Positions 9,001 to 15,028 of a stretch of 64,000 nucleotides of DNA are shown here, in pieces. The notes below the pieces were generated by a model. It was not told the DNA's origin, did not search any database, and saw only the letters and a program-made list of their open reading frames with translations. How positions within the stretch are numbered: position 1 is the stretch's first letter; every line of letters starts with the position of its first letter. A program made the translations under genes and the position numbers. The DNA lies in contig LT907983.1 of the NCBI GenBank assembly GCA_900230115.1, forward strand, positions 4,198,774 to 4,262,773, in the 5' to 3' direction. This stretch comes from Spirosomataceae bacterium TFI 002. GTDB taxonomy: Bacteria > Bacteroidota > Bacteroidia > Cytophagales > Spirosomataceae.

Positions 9001-11938
9001 AGTGCTATGTTTAGGAGGAAGTGCAGTCATCACCGCCGATACAAGCAGTGGAAGTGGAACAGTAAGCTATCAGTGGTATAATTCAACAAACAATAGCACA
9101 TTTACAGCAATCTCAGGAGCAACAGGGGATTCCATCATAGTACCAACGAACGCAGAAGGAACTATTTACTACCGAGTAGTAGCAACAGCCAGCGGCGTAG
9201 GTTGCGGAAATGCTACCTCAGCAAGCGGAAGTGTAGAAGTATTACCAGTATTCGATGTAGATATTTCGGTTACTAACTCAATCGTATGTATTGGCGGGGC
9301 AGTAAACTTAGGAGCCTCACCAGTAAACGGAACAGGGACGATCACTTATCAATGGTTGGAGTCACCTGACAATAGCACATTTACAGCAATCTCAGGAGCA
9401 ACAAATGTTAACTATGTACCCAATACTGCAACAGCAGGAACAAAATATTATCAAGTACAAGCGACAGCCTCAGGATCAGGATGTGGAACAGTAGAGTCAG
9501 ACGTCGCAACGGTAAGAGTATTGCCGATTTTCTCAGTAGATGTAAACCCTAGCTCAAGTGTGGTGTGTCTAGGAGGAGCAGTAACGCTAGATGCAGATAC
9601 AACAAACGGAACCGGAACAGTAACTTATCAATGGCAAGAGTCAACTAATAATTCAAGCTTTACCAATATCAGTGGAGCAACGAACGAAACATATACCCCA
9701 TCCACAGCTACATTAGGAACAAGGTATTACAGAGTCATTGCCACAGCAACGGGAGCAGGATGTGGGAGTGTAACATCAGGAAGTGTATCAGTAGAAGTAC
9801 TACCAGTTTTCGATGTAGCTATCGTAGTTGATAATGCGATAGTTTGTTTGAATGGAGCAGTGACGCTCACCGCCGATACGATCAGTGGATCTGGTAATGT
9901 AACTTACCAATGGTACAACTCATCAGACGGAAGCACATTTGCGGCCATATCTGGAGCAACAAGCAAAACATTAACAGCACCCACATCAAGCCTAGGAGTG
10001 ATGCATTATCAAATCATGGCCAATGCCTCAGGAGCAGGTTGTGGAGATGCAACTTCAGCCTCAAGTACAGTAACGGTAGAGCCACAATTGATTGTAGAGC
10101 TAGATCAAACATCAGCAGAAATCTGTTTGAATGAATCACTGACATTGCAGAGTACAACGAGCCATGGAGTAGGAACCATTACTTACCAATGGCAAAGTTC
10201 ACCAGATGGATCAACATGGACCAATATTGTAGGTCAAACAAATGACAACCTATCAGTAAGTACCAGCACAGCAGGATTATTTTACTACCGAGTATTAGCC
10301 TTTGCAAGTGGAGTTGGTTGTAATGATGCCACAGCAGTACCTACGATAGTACGCATACATGATTATCCAACAGTAACGAGAACATTTGTATCTCCACTTT
10401 GTGAGCCCACAAACGGAACGATCACATTTACATTTAGCGATGAGCCAGCAATTGACTCCATTCAATTTAGCTTGGACAATGGCTTAACATATCCATATAC
10501 CACCAATGACGGAGCAGGAACGTATACTATTAATGGCTTAGGAGAAAATGTGTACGAACTAAGTGCCCAATACAAAGGAGGTTTATGTCCAGTGTCGATG
10601 ACGAATGTGACGATGGAAGAAAGGCCAGCACCAAGCGTGACTACCACTTATGTAGACCCCACTTGTACGACTGATAATGGTACGATCACATTTACATTCC
10701 CAGATGAGTCCACAAGAACTGATATCAAGTTCAGTAGAGATGGCGGAACGACTTATGCAAGTAATATCGCAGACAACTCAGGTTCATATACGATGAATGG
10801 AGTAGCACCAGGAATTTATAATTTATTCGCCATATGGGGGAATGATGAATGTCCAACAGACCTAGGCAGTGTAACCCTCACAGATCACCCAACACCAATA
10901 ATCACAGTATCAGCAGATACCGTATTGTGTGAAGGACAATCTTACACAATTTCAGTTTCAAGCACTGGAGGAGATAATCCAATAACCTATACTTGGGACA
11001 ATGGCCTTGGCAATGCATTGAGTCATACAGTAAGTCCATTGGTAGATACCTATTATGTGGTTTCGGTTGTGGATTCTAATAATTGTACTGTAAGCGACAC
11101 CGTTTTTGTTGAAGTCAATCCAGTACCAGTAGTAACAGCAACAGGAGGAACATTCTGTGAATTCGATACATTAGAATTAAGCTCAACAGGCGTAGGGATA
11201 TTTGAGTGGACGGGTCCAAATACATTTACAAGTTCAGATCAAAATCCACAAATAGCGAACGGACAGCTCACAGATGCAGGAATTTACACAGTAGTATTAA
11301 CCAATAATTTCTCTTGCCAAAGTACAGCCACAGCAGAGCTTATTGTAAATGATACCCCACCATCCCCATCAGTTGTGGAGGGCGAAAGATGTGGTCCTGG
11401 AGTTGTAAATCTTTCAGCAACTGGCTGTAATGGAAATATTGAATGGTACGATAGCCAATTTTCTTATTCATCGGTATCCTCTGGCACAAACTTTGCATCA
11501 TCAAATCTAGATGAAAGTAAATATTTCTTTGTGAATTGTACAACTACCTTGAATTGCGAAAGTATTGAAAGAGTGCCAGTATTGGCAAAGGTAAATGAGT
11601 TATCAGTAGCTCAGCTTTTACCAATTAACTCTACTTGTTTTGGAAATATAGCCATAAACAACGGTCAACTAATCGCAACTAGGTTTGAGGATGGCGAAAC
11701 ATTCTCATTCAGTGAAGGAAGTACCTACAATAGCAGTACGGCAACAAGTTTGGCAACCATACCAGCAAATGGCCTACTCTCACAAAGTATAAATAACCCA
11801 ACAACGCTCACGCAATCATACACAGTAAGAGTGAATAGTGTAGATGGCTGCCCAAGAGATATCGTTGTGGAATACCAAGAGTCTTGTGAAGAGTGTAAAC
11901 CTTATTGCGAACCTTCATCAATTGAACGAGTAAAATAG
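50..11938 (+). CDS. Giant secreted cell-surface adhesin-like protein (3962 aa). Architecture: signal peptide, CBM4_9/galactose-binding-like domain, CUB domain, about 14 short SprB-type repeats, a second CBM-like domain, about 13 Ig-like ~93-aa repeats, a Cys-rich C-terminal domain shared with the next gene
   Basis: Uninterrupted 11.9-kb ORF. N-terminus MCLRHLVFGIFVFLLFSISTIAQ looks like a signal peptide (GTG start at 50). There is no in-frame stop between position 2 and 50, so the true start may lie upstream of the window. Recurrent motif CxGxxLNLxSSGGxxYxWxGPNxFxSxxQNPxIxNxxxxxxGxYTVTVTxxxGCxxTA fits SprB-type repeats. A CUB-like segment (CSGTYYDTGGNNSNYSNNEDY...LRIYDG...) is present. NGDF...DDV segments look like CBM4_9. 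Confidence 0.85.
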   Translation: MCLRHLVFGIFVFLLFSISTIAQNRQIELVTNGDFSDGRNGFSSDYNWNSSSNGGYDIDNDPNDVNSNYFSFYDHTTGTSSGRLIAANGSTNANDDVWKNNINVTSGQTYTMTVWIKSIYATNPSSIGWFVGGNQVGTTVVANNNWQQLTVTYTANFTGLATFSIRATSGESSGNAFALDDVSITSEVSPTCSGTYYDTGGNNSNYSNNEDYTQTFCAGAGSNIRFSFNQFNVETNWDFLRIYDGMSTSANSLGTFTGTNSPNTVTSSTGCLTFRFTADNIYNRSGWRAAISCVPDPGCGSISSVVINDLSGGADIDITGGATVYAGQLPNNWNIEATKTVGTGSIRFEVTGDNVQSNVENAGPYRMPNDNDPLNWGPGTYNIKITHYSGNSGTGNICDVEQFTLIIDQCAINNFQVSSNSTVCTGANLNLTSSGGGTGATYNWVGPNSFTSTQQNPTLPSVGAAASGVYFATVTNSGCSATASTSVSVTNAPSVSVTSQNANCGLNNGEVTFTFPDESSRTNIEFSTNGGSSYPTYVSDGIGSTTVTNLGPGTYDLWTRWGNDECPVDLPDVTIIRATGTLTKTADPTACSGAATPLSVSLQNAVGSTTYSWSNGLGTGANKTVSPNSSITYSVTGVDSQGCVGTANITVNVNALPVATATANSPVCSGGTINLNSSGGNSYSWVGPNSFSSGFQNPNITIASNVNAGTYTVTVTDANSCSSTAAVNVLINSGLTVTASTPASNICAGTDLNLFSSGATSYSWSGPGGFSSNSQNPVITNATVSRSGTYTITGSNALGCTASATTSVAVTINSPTASNDGPKCEGSTINLSAVGGNEYVWSGPNGFTSNIANPSISNANLSHEGIYTVTVSISGACPVTATTELSMHALPNILVSNTGPVCSGGNITLNASGGTSYVWSGPNGFSSSNQNPSIFNVNNSKTGSYTVTVTNASGCTATATTVVGLSFPSLTVSSDTVLCAGGTINLHATGAVSYAWTGPNSFYAAAASVSIPSASSSENGTYTVTVSNSLGCSATASVDVSILNVATPIVSNAPVCTGDSLKMELPGWTTYSWSGPAAFSAAVEDPFIANPTTSNSGVYSVTASIAGCTTTVTANLTVRALPIPTASSNQPVCVGTTLNLTSASASSYSWKGPNGFTSSVRNPNIAVTDTLPQGTYTLVVSNSFGCLDSTTHDVDVSFVVPTVKPSGRACLSASYPLTAGGGASYYWTGPNSFSSGNQNPSISNISLAKQGVYSVTITNADGCTASVTTSLTVSIPVATASSSSPVCEDDILVLTSSGGASYDWSGPRSFASNIQNPNISIVKQNQQGVYTVTVTDSVGCVATATTDVVINKNTNGRINDNGPICEGQNLELDGRGGDVYYWSGPNGFLSSLEDPIINSASAAANGTYTLQVTDSNGCSATVTSNITVYPSPIANPTATIADICVGQTLNLLSTVNDQYSWSGPNNFNSNQQNPIRTNATTNMSGVYTLTVTDIPENCSASASVAISINTIPPPPVSPAVSRCGTGTVTLTASGCSGVYQWYDTNSSSTVLGTGSSFTTPSLSSGRSYYVNCTEFTCPSSTRRQVQITILANPTATATVTQRHCVGSTAKFTGGGNNVSSYAWSGPLSWTSNEQSPTKLINGTNNGGTYTITTTRSNGCTATATTNLQVITNCDNICGSQYVIIPTNPLSCGSTNGQVYISATNSYETSLDGVNWTRGSVTYNNLGVGNYYFYVKDYATQNICKNVSNTLVSTTSSYFTGQSVTAASDCYSANGSITLQGVQPTDDVSWLATLKAPKVPVSSLSPSNTISNLTPGKYYVKVSRANDFCYAERYVDVPNNGTSCTSNTFCDDSTVPNLFPNGDFGSGANENGPVLIETQYGYSNYTCYAPWDGFYSITNNTDCDGNGGRAFSNQAVGSWDVLTEDHTVGDVNGYMMVINAGYTPNIVVEKLIGDLCPNTQYNFTAWMRNISPASTIQPDAAFIIDGVIKATSGAVTGNQWKQVGFSFKTGENTTEALFALRNIAPGGFGNNWILDDVKVSKCPLEINLSGTTIACLGGNSEEIEATINDPYEEYTYFKWEKSDDNGATWQNVTTVAQGSYVSGNMNVDLTLPTPIVSALSGRIYRIRLATTAATIDDPQCSVYSALTQIIVPPIELNVTLPIEKCIGSGSVALTATASGGTAPYSYLWRNSVGNTPTVNVNPSATTTYVVEAFDADNCPAIDSVIVTVKDQPTLTVTIEEDSVCLNGTTHIIAHVEGGSGNFQFTWYESADGSTNWTTIAGVTDSVYSPNTSVAGQKYFRVFVEDLTFDCNDATSNPVLFTVVPLPSVNINLSASPVCIGGAVNLTANVTSGAGAIEYQWYRSTNNTTFNALADDTLGTYSPNTGTAGTTYYEVEAVASASGCTAARSSSVAVQVLPNFDVDLLVNNAVVCIGGSAILTADTISGTGNITYQWFNSSDGVNFSSITGSTSTLTAPTGTTGITYYQVQATASGAGCGSATSTPTSVEVLPVFDVDVTVNNSPICIGGSVTLTADTSNGLGSVSYQWFGSLDNVTFNLIGGETNLSYNPSTTNSGTTYYRVEATASGSGCGTAVSDVVPVVVLPVFSVDVNPSSSVVCVGGTVSLDADTTNGTGTVTYQWQQSTNNVTFSNIAGATGETYNPSTATAGTLYYRVRATASGSGCGTVTSAGVSVEVLPVFEVSVTPSNTTLCLNGSSVITATTVSGTGTITYQWFNSTDNTTFSPISGATGATTTAPTTAVGTTYYRIVANASGNGCGNATSASAVVRVLPVFDVEVSLNNAVVCIGGNVTLTADTVNGTGTVTYQWLESTDNVSYTAISGATGVTYTANTASEGLKYYRVQATASGSGCGTVESDEVSVEVLPVFSVAVNPSSSTVCVGGAVTLDADPTNGTGTITYQWQESTNNSSFTNISGATNEIYTPSTSAEGTTYYRVIASATGAGCGSVTSGSSMVRVLPVFDVDIAIDNAVLCLGGSAVITADTSSGSGTVSYQWYNSTNNSTFTAISGATGDSIIVPTNAEGTIYYRVVATASGVGCGNATSASGSVEVLPVFDVDISVTNSIVCIGGAVNLGASPVNGTGTITYQWLESPDNSTFTAISGATNVNYVPNTATAGTKYYQVQATASGSGCGTVESDVATVRVLPIFSVDVNPSSSVVCLGGAVTLDADTTNGTGTVTYQWQESTNNSSFTNISGATNETYTPSTATLGTRYYRVIATATGAGCGSVTSGSVSVEVLPVFDVAIVVDNAIVCLNGAVTLTADTISGSGNVTYQWYNSSDGSTFAAISGATSKTLTAPTSSLGVMHYQIMANASGAGCGDATSASSTVTVEPQLIVELDQTSAEICLNESLTLQSTTSHGVGTITYQWQSSPDGSTWTNIVGQTNDNLSVSTSTAGLFYYRVLAFASGVGCNDATAVPTIVRIHDYPTVTRTFVSPLCEPTNGTITFTFSDEPAIDSIQFSLDNGLTYPYTTNDGAGTYTINGLGENVYELSAQYKGGLCPVSMTNVTMEERPAPSVTTTYVDPTCTTDNGTITFTFPDESTRTDIKFSRDGGTTYASNIADNSGSYTMNGVAPGIYNLFAIWGNDECPTDLGSVTLTDHPTPIITVSADTVLCEGQSYTISVSSTGGDNPITYTWDNGLGNALSHTVSPLVDTYYVVSVVDSNNCTVSDTVFVEVNPVPVVTATGGTFCEFDTLELSSTGVGIFEWTGPNTFTSSDQNPQIANGQLTDAGIYTVVLTNNFSCQSTATAELIVNDTPPSPSVVEGERCGPGVVNLSATGCNGNIEWYDSQFSYSSVSSGTNFASSNLDESKYFFVNCTTTLNCESIERVPVLAKVNELSVAQLLPINSTCFGNIAINNGQLIATRFEDGETFSFSEGSTYNSSTATSLATIPANGLLSQSINNPTTLTQSYTVRVNSVDGCPRDIVVEYQESCEECKPYCEPSSIERVK
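620..950 (+). other. CUB-like domain within the giant protein
   Basis: CSGTYYDTGGNNSNYSNNEDYTQTFCAGAGSNIRFSFNQFNVETNWDFLRIYDGMSTSANSLGTFTG...LTFRFTADNIYNRSGWRAAISC matches the CUB consensus (C..Y......Y.n...C......i.l.F..f..E...D.l.iyDG). Confidence 0.5.
1300..4600 (+). repeat. Array of about 14 tandem short (70-75 aa) SprB-type/Ig-like coding repeats
   Basis: Repeated units such as CTGANLNLTSSGGGTGATYNWVGPNSFTSTQQNP...GVYFATVTNSGCSATAST, CSGGTINLNSSGGNSYSWVGPNSFSSGFQNPNITIASNVNAGTYTVTVTDANSCSSTAAV and others occur at 210-230 nt spacing. Confidence 0.8.
6500..10110 (+). repeat. Array of about 13 tandem Ig-like ~93-aa (~279-nt) coding repeats. A three-copy ~837-nt super-repeat spans 7567-10080
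   Basis: Units begin LPVFDVD/LPVFSVDVNP/LPVFEVSV and contain VCIGG..TLTADT.NGTGT.TYQW...YYRV.ATASGSGCG. Unit starts are at 7567, 7846, 8125, 8405, 8683, 8963, 9241, 9521, 9800 and 10080. Units 3-4-5, 6-7-8 and 9-10-11 correspond one-to-one. For example, nt 8797-8865 and 9636-9704 are near-identical (caatggcaagagtcaactaataattcaagctttaccaatatcagtggagcaacgaacgaaa.atatacccca). Confidence 0.85.
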
Positions 11939-11986
11939 TTTTCAAATTTTATAAATAAATAGTTTACAATTAATTTTTAGTTTATC

Positions 11987-14932
11987 ATGAAAAACAATTA
12001 TCTAACCAATTTACGAATGTCCTCGAGTGGGGGTATGCGATTTGGATGGTTTTTCATCGGGATTGTCACTTTTCTAATGAGCCAAACTTCCTTTGCTCAA
12101 ACTGTGTGTAGTCCTGAGTTGAAATTTACCGTTCAATCCACACTAAACACCGCAGAGGGTGTAGATGACGCAACAATGCGTATAACAGGTTTGGATCCTG
12201 CAGTAGACTACGTAGTAGCCTATGAACTGGGAACAAGCTTTACAGGTAGTATCGCTAATGGAGTTGCTTACAGCACACTTACTAATGGCGTTATTGCTAA
12301 TAATCTGGTTAATCCAACACTTGCCGCGGGTCAAGAATACGTGGTTAGAGTTTATCTACCAGATAATTCTTGTTATGCTGAAAAAGTATATGTTTTACCA
12401 AAAGCATACTTTAATGACAAACCAGATAACACTGACTTGGAAATTACAATGACCAAAAGTGCTGATGCAGCAAATCCAGGTGATATTGTAACAGTAACCG
12501 TTGTTGTAACAAACAATAATAGTGCAACTGATAATCCAGGATACAACATCATTCAAGCTGATAATGTTGAAATAACTGTTACAGCACCTGGTGGTGGAGC
12601 ACTTACATTTAACCCTACTGCAACGGCATCGCAAGGAACTTATGATGGGACCTCTGTTTGGTCTGTTGGTAGTTTGGCCCCTGGTCAAACAGAAACTCTT
12701 GTTTTGTCTTACACTATAAATGAAAGAGGTATTTATGAAATAGCTTCTGAAGTTACAGCTGCAGATGGTGATGATTTGGATTCATCTCCTTCTACAAGTA
12801 GTATCATTGAAGATGATTATACAACACAATGTTTGTCTACTCCTTTTGACTATTGCGATGATGATGAATTCGAATTTCGTTTAGCGAATCCTGCAATGTA
12901 CAGTCAAATTAGATATTTGAAAAATGGTACACCTATTACTATTACTGCCGGACAATCTGTTGCTGGTGAATATAGAATACATGCTGATGGATATTTGATT
13001 ATTGAGTCTGTAGGAACTTATAGTTACGAATCTACTGATCCTACTGCTTGCGGATTTGAATATTGTTGTCCAATAATTGTTGAAGAAGGTGAAAAGCCAG
13101 ATTTAGCACCTGTTACTCCAGTATCTATTTGCTTTGAATCTCCAATTGCTGATGTTGTAGTAATTGAGAACATGAATGCTGCAAACGATGCTGCTCCTGG
13201 TTCTGACTTTGATATTGATAGAGGAAATCTTGTATACCAATGGTTCTCTGATGGTGGTACTGGAAATCCTATTACAGGGAGTGATAGCCTTTTGGGTTAT
13301 ACTTCTTTAACATTGAATTTTGATGCTCTTCCAGCAGCTCCAGGTACTTATACTTACCGTATTGTTGGAATGGACGACTTGCACCAAACTTGTAAGGATA
13401 CAACTGAATTTGTAGTTGTAATACAAGATATTGAAAAGCCAATTGCTGCTGCAAACTCGCCAATTTGCGAAGAAGAAACACTTGAGTTGACTACAACCAA
13501 TATGGCTGATTATCAGTCAGGTGCACCATTTACTTTCACTTGGTGGAATGAAAACGCCAATGGCGGTGCTTGGACAGCGACTGGAGATAGCGTAGGTAGA
13601 ACTGATGCATTGCCAGCAATGTCTGATGAATACATCGTTGAAGTTTCTGTTGCTTACACAAACTTTACTCCAGCTCAAACCGTGACATGTAGTAAAACAG
13701 ATACTGTGACTGTACTTATTAATCCATTACCACCACTTCCAGATCCTATAGACTATGTTTATTGCCAAGGAGTTACTAATGCAGAAATGGATTCATTAAG
13801 ATTAAACAACGAAGATGTTGCATATACCATTAGATGGTATCATGAATCAGATACTTCTGTGATTGATTATTCTTACCCAAGCGTAAGACCTTTCCCATCG
13901 TCTTTAACAGCGGGATCTGATGTATGGCAAGTGTCATTCTATAATGAAGGAACAACTTGTGAATCACATAGAGCTGATCAAACCGTTACAATAGATACTA
14001 AGCCTGATATGCCAGTTGTTAATAACTTTGCCTTCTGTGAAGCAGGTTTAGCTACTGACCTTACTGCAATTGCAGAAGCGGGACATTCCTTGATATGGTA
14101 CGCAACGGATAGTGTATCTACTGTGCCAGATACGGTTGTGGCGTTTACGCCTCCACCTTCAACAGCAACAGTTGGTATTACTTCATATTTTGTGTCACAA
14201 TACAATACAACTTCAGGTTGTCAGTCATTTATCAATGAATTTGAGGTTCATATTCTTGATAGACCAGATGGCTTAGCATTTGCTGTTCCTGAATATTGTG
14301 TGGATCAAACTACAGGTATTCAGTCACTTGATAACCATTTGACAGTTTCACCTGCAAGTTCTAGTGCACCTACTCCAAGCACGTCGTATAGTTGGGATTA
14401 CCCAGGACATGGAACTCCTGCAACTCCTCCTACGCCGACAACTACAACAGTGGGAGCAACTTATGGTACTGTAACAGAAATATTTACTTATGATTATGTT
14501 CCTGCGGATAACTTCCAAGTTGTAACTATCGATTGTCCTTCAGATGTGCTTCCAGTGCATGTTGTAGTGAATCCAAAACCAGCAGCAGAAGTAATTGCAA
14601 TCAGTGCACTTTGTATTGGTGACGAAGACGTAGATAACGGAACGCTTATTCTTACAAGGTATGAGAACACAGATGTTCTTGAGTGGAATAGAGGAGCTGC
14701 TTACAGTAATTTAGCAGCAGATAATTACATAATTGAAAGCCCTGTTGCTGAAGGAACGCACGGTGGTGTATTTGCATCAACGCTTCCTAACCCTGATACA
14801 AGCCAAGATTACTTCGTAAGAATTACGAACATCCACGGTTGTCAGCAAGATATACCAGTTACCTTAGATGGTAAAGATTGTATCTGTCCTGGTGGGTATT
14901 GTGAGCCTGCATCTATCACACCTAATTTCTAA
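11987..14932 (+). CDS. Large secreted surface protein (981 aa) with a DUF11-like domain, a CCPIIVE-motif domain and a C-terminal domain homologous to the C-terminus of the giant upstream protein
   Basis: Signal-like N-terminus (alternative start at 12035, MRFGWFFIGIVTFLMSQTSFAQ). The DUF11-like segment is DLEITMTKSADAANPGDIVTVTVVVTNN...GTYDGTSVWSVGSLAPGQTETL (about 12435-12800). The C-terminus ...ALCIGDEDVDNGTLILTRYENTD...GCQQDIPVTLDGKDCICPGGYCEPASITPNF aligns with the upstream protein's ...STCFGNIAINNGQLIATRFEDGE...GCPRDIVVEYQESCEECKPYCEPSSIERVK. Confidence 0.8.
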   Translation: MKNNYLTNLRMSSSGGMRFGWFFIGIVTFLMSQTSFAQTVCSPELKFTVQSTLNTAEGVDDATMRITGLDPAVDYVVAYELGTSFTGSIANGVAYSTLTNGVIANNLVNPTLAAGQEYVVRVYLPDNSCYAEKVYVLPKAYFNDKPDNTDLEITMTKSADAANPGDIVTVTVVVTNNNSATDNPGYNIIQADNVEITVTAPGGGALTFNPTATASQGTYDGTSVWSVGSLAPGQTETLVLSYTINERGIYEIASEVTAADGDDLDSSPSTSSIIEDDYTTQCLSTPFDYCDDDEFEFRLANPAMYSQIRYLKNGTPITITAGQSVAGEYRIHADGYLIIESVGTYSYESTDPTACGFEYCCPIIVEEGEKPDLAPVTPVSICFESPIADVVVIENMNAANDAAPGSDFDIDRGNLVYQWFSDGGTGNPITGSDSLLGYTSLTLNFDALPAAPGTYTYRIVGMDDLHQTCKDTTEFVVVIQDIEKPIAAANSPICEEETLELTTTNMADYQSGAPFTFTWWNENANGGAWTATGDSVGRTDALPAMSDEYIVEVSVAYTNFTPAQTVTCSKTDTVTVLINPLPPLPDPIDYVYCQGVTNAEMDSLRLNNEDVAYTIRWYHESDTSVIDYSYPSVRPFPSSLTAGSDVWQVSFYNEGTTCESHRADQTVTIDTKPDMPVVNNFAFCEAGLATDLTAIAEAGHSLIWYATDSVSTVPDTVVAFTPPPSTATVGITSYFVSQYNTTSGCQSFINEFEVHILDRPDGLAFAVPEYCVDQTTGIQSLDNHLTVSPASSSAPTPSTSYSWDYPGHGTPATPPTPTTTTVGATYGTVTEIFTYDYVPADNFQVVTIDCPSDVLPVHVVVNPKPAAEVIAISALCIGDEDVDNGTLILTRYENTDVLEWNRGAAYSNLAADNYIIESPVAEGTHGGVFASTLPNPDTSQDYFVRITNIHGCQQDIPVTLDGKDCICPGGYCEPASITPNF

Positions 14933-15028
14933 TTCAATCCCAGAATTGATAAACTATTTTGAAGAGAAGTTGACCTCGGTTGACTTCTCTTCTTAAAAAT
15001 AGAACAATCCCCAACTTTAAAAATATAA

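Noticed and set aside
6500-10110. Highly periodic tandem repeats that could be mistaken for a CRISPR array or a satellite
   Set aside because: The period (~279 bp) is far longer than CRISPR repeat-spacer units. The repeats lie inside one uninterrupted reading frame and encode Ig-like domains. No cas genes are present.
11597-11938. C-terminal module of the giant protein as a type-B T9SS CTD (SprB-like)
   Set aside because: Not adopted as the call. Type-B CTD cargo are normally followed by a PorP/SprF-like outer-membrane gene, and here the downstream gene is another large surface protein. I cannot run the TIGR04131 model, so this stays open and is flagged as a finding rather than rejected outright.
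14933-15028. Intrinsic terminator between the second and third surface-protein genes
   Set aside because: The inverted repeat gaagagaagt...acttctcttc has two central mismatches and is not followed by a T-run. It is at best a weak attenuator, and the genes are probably co-transcribed.
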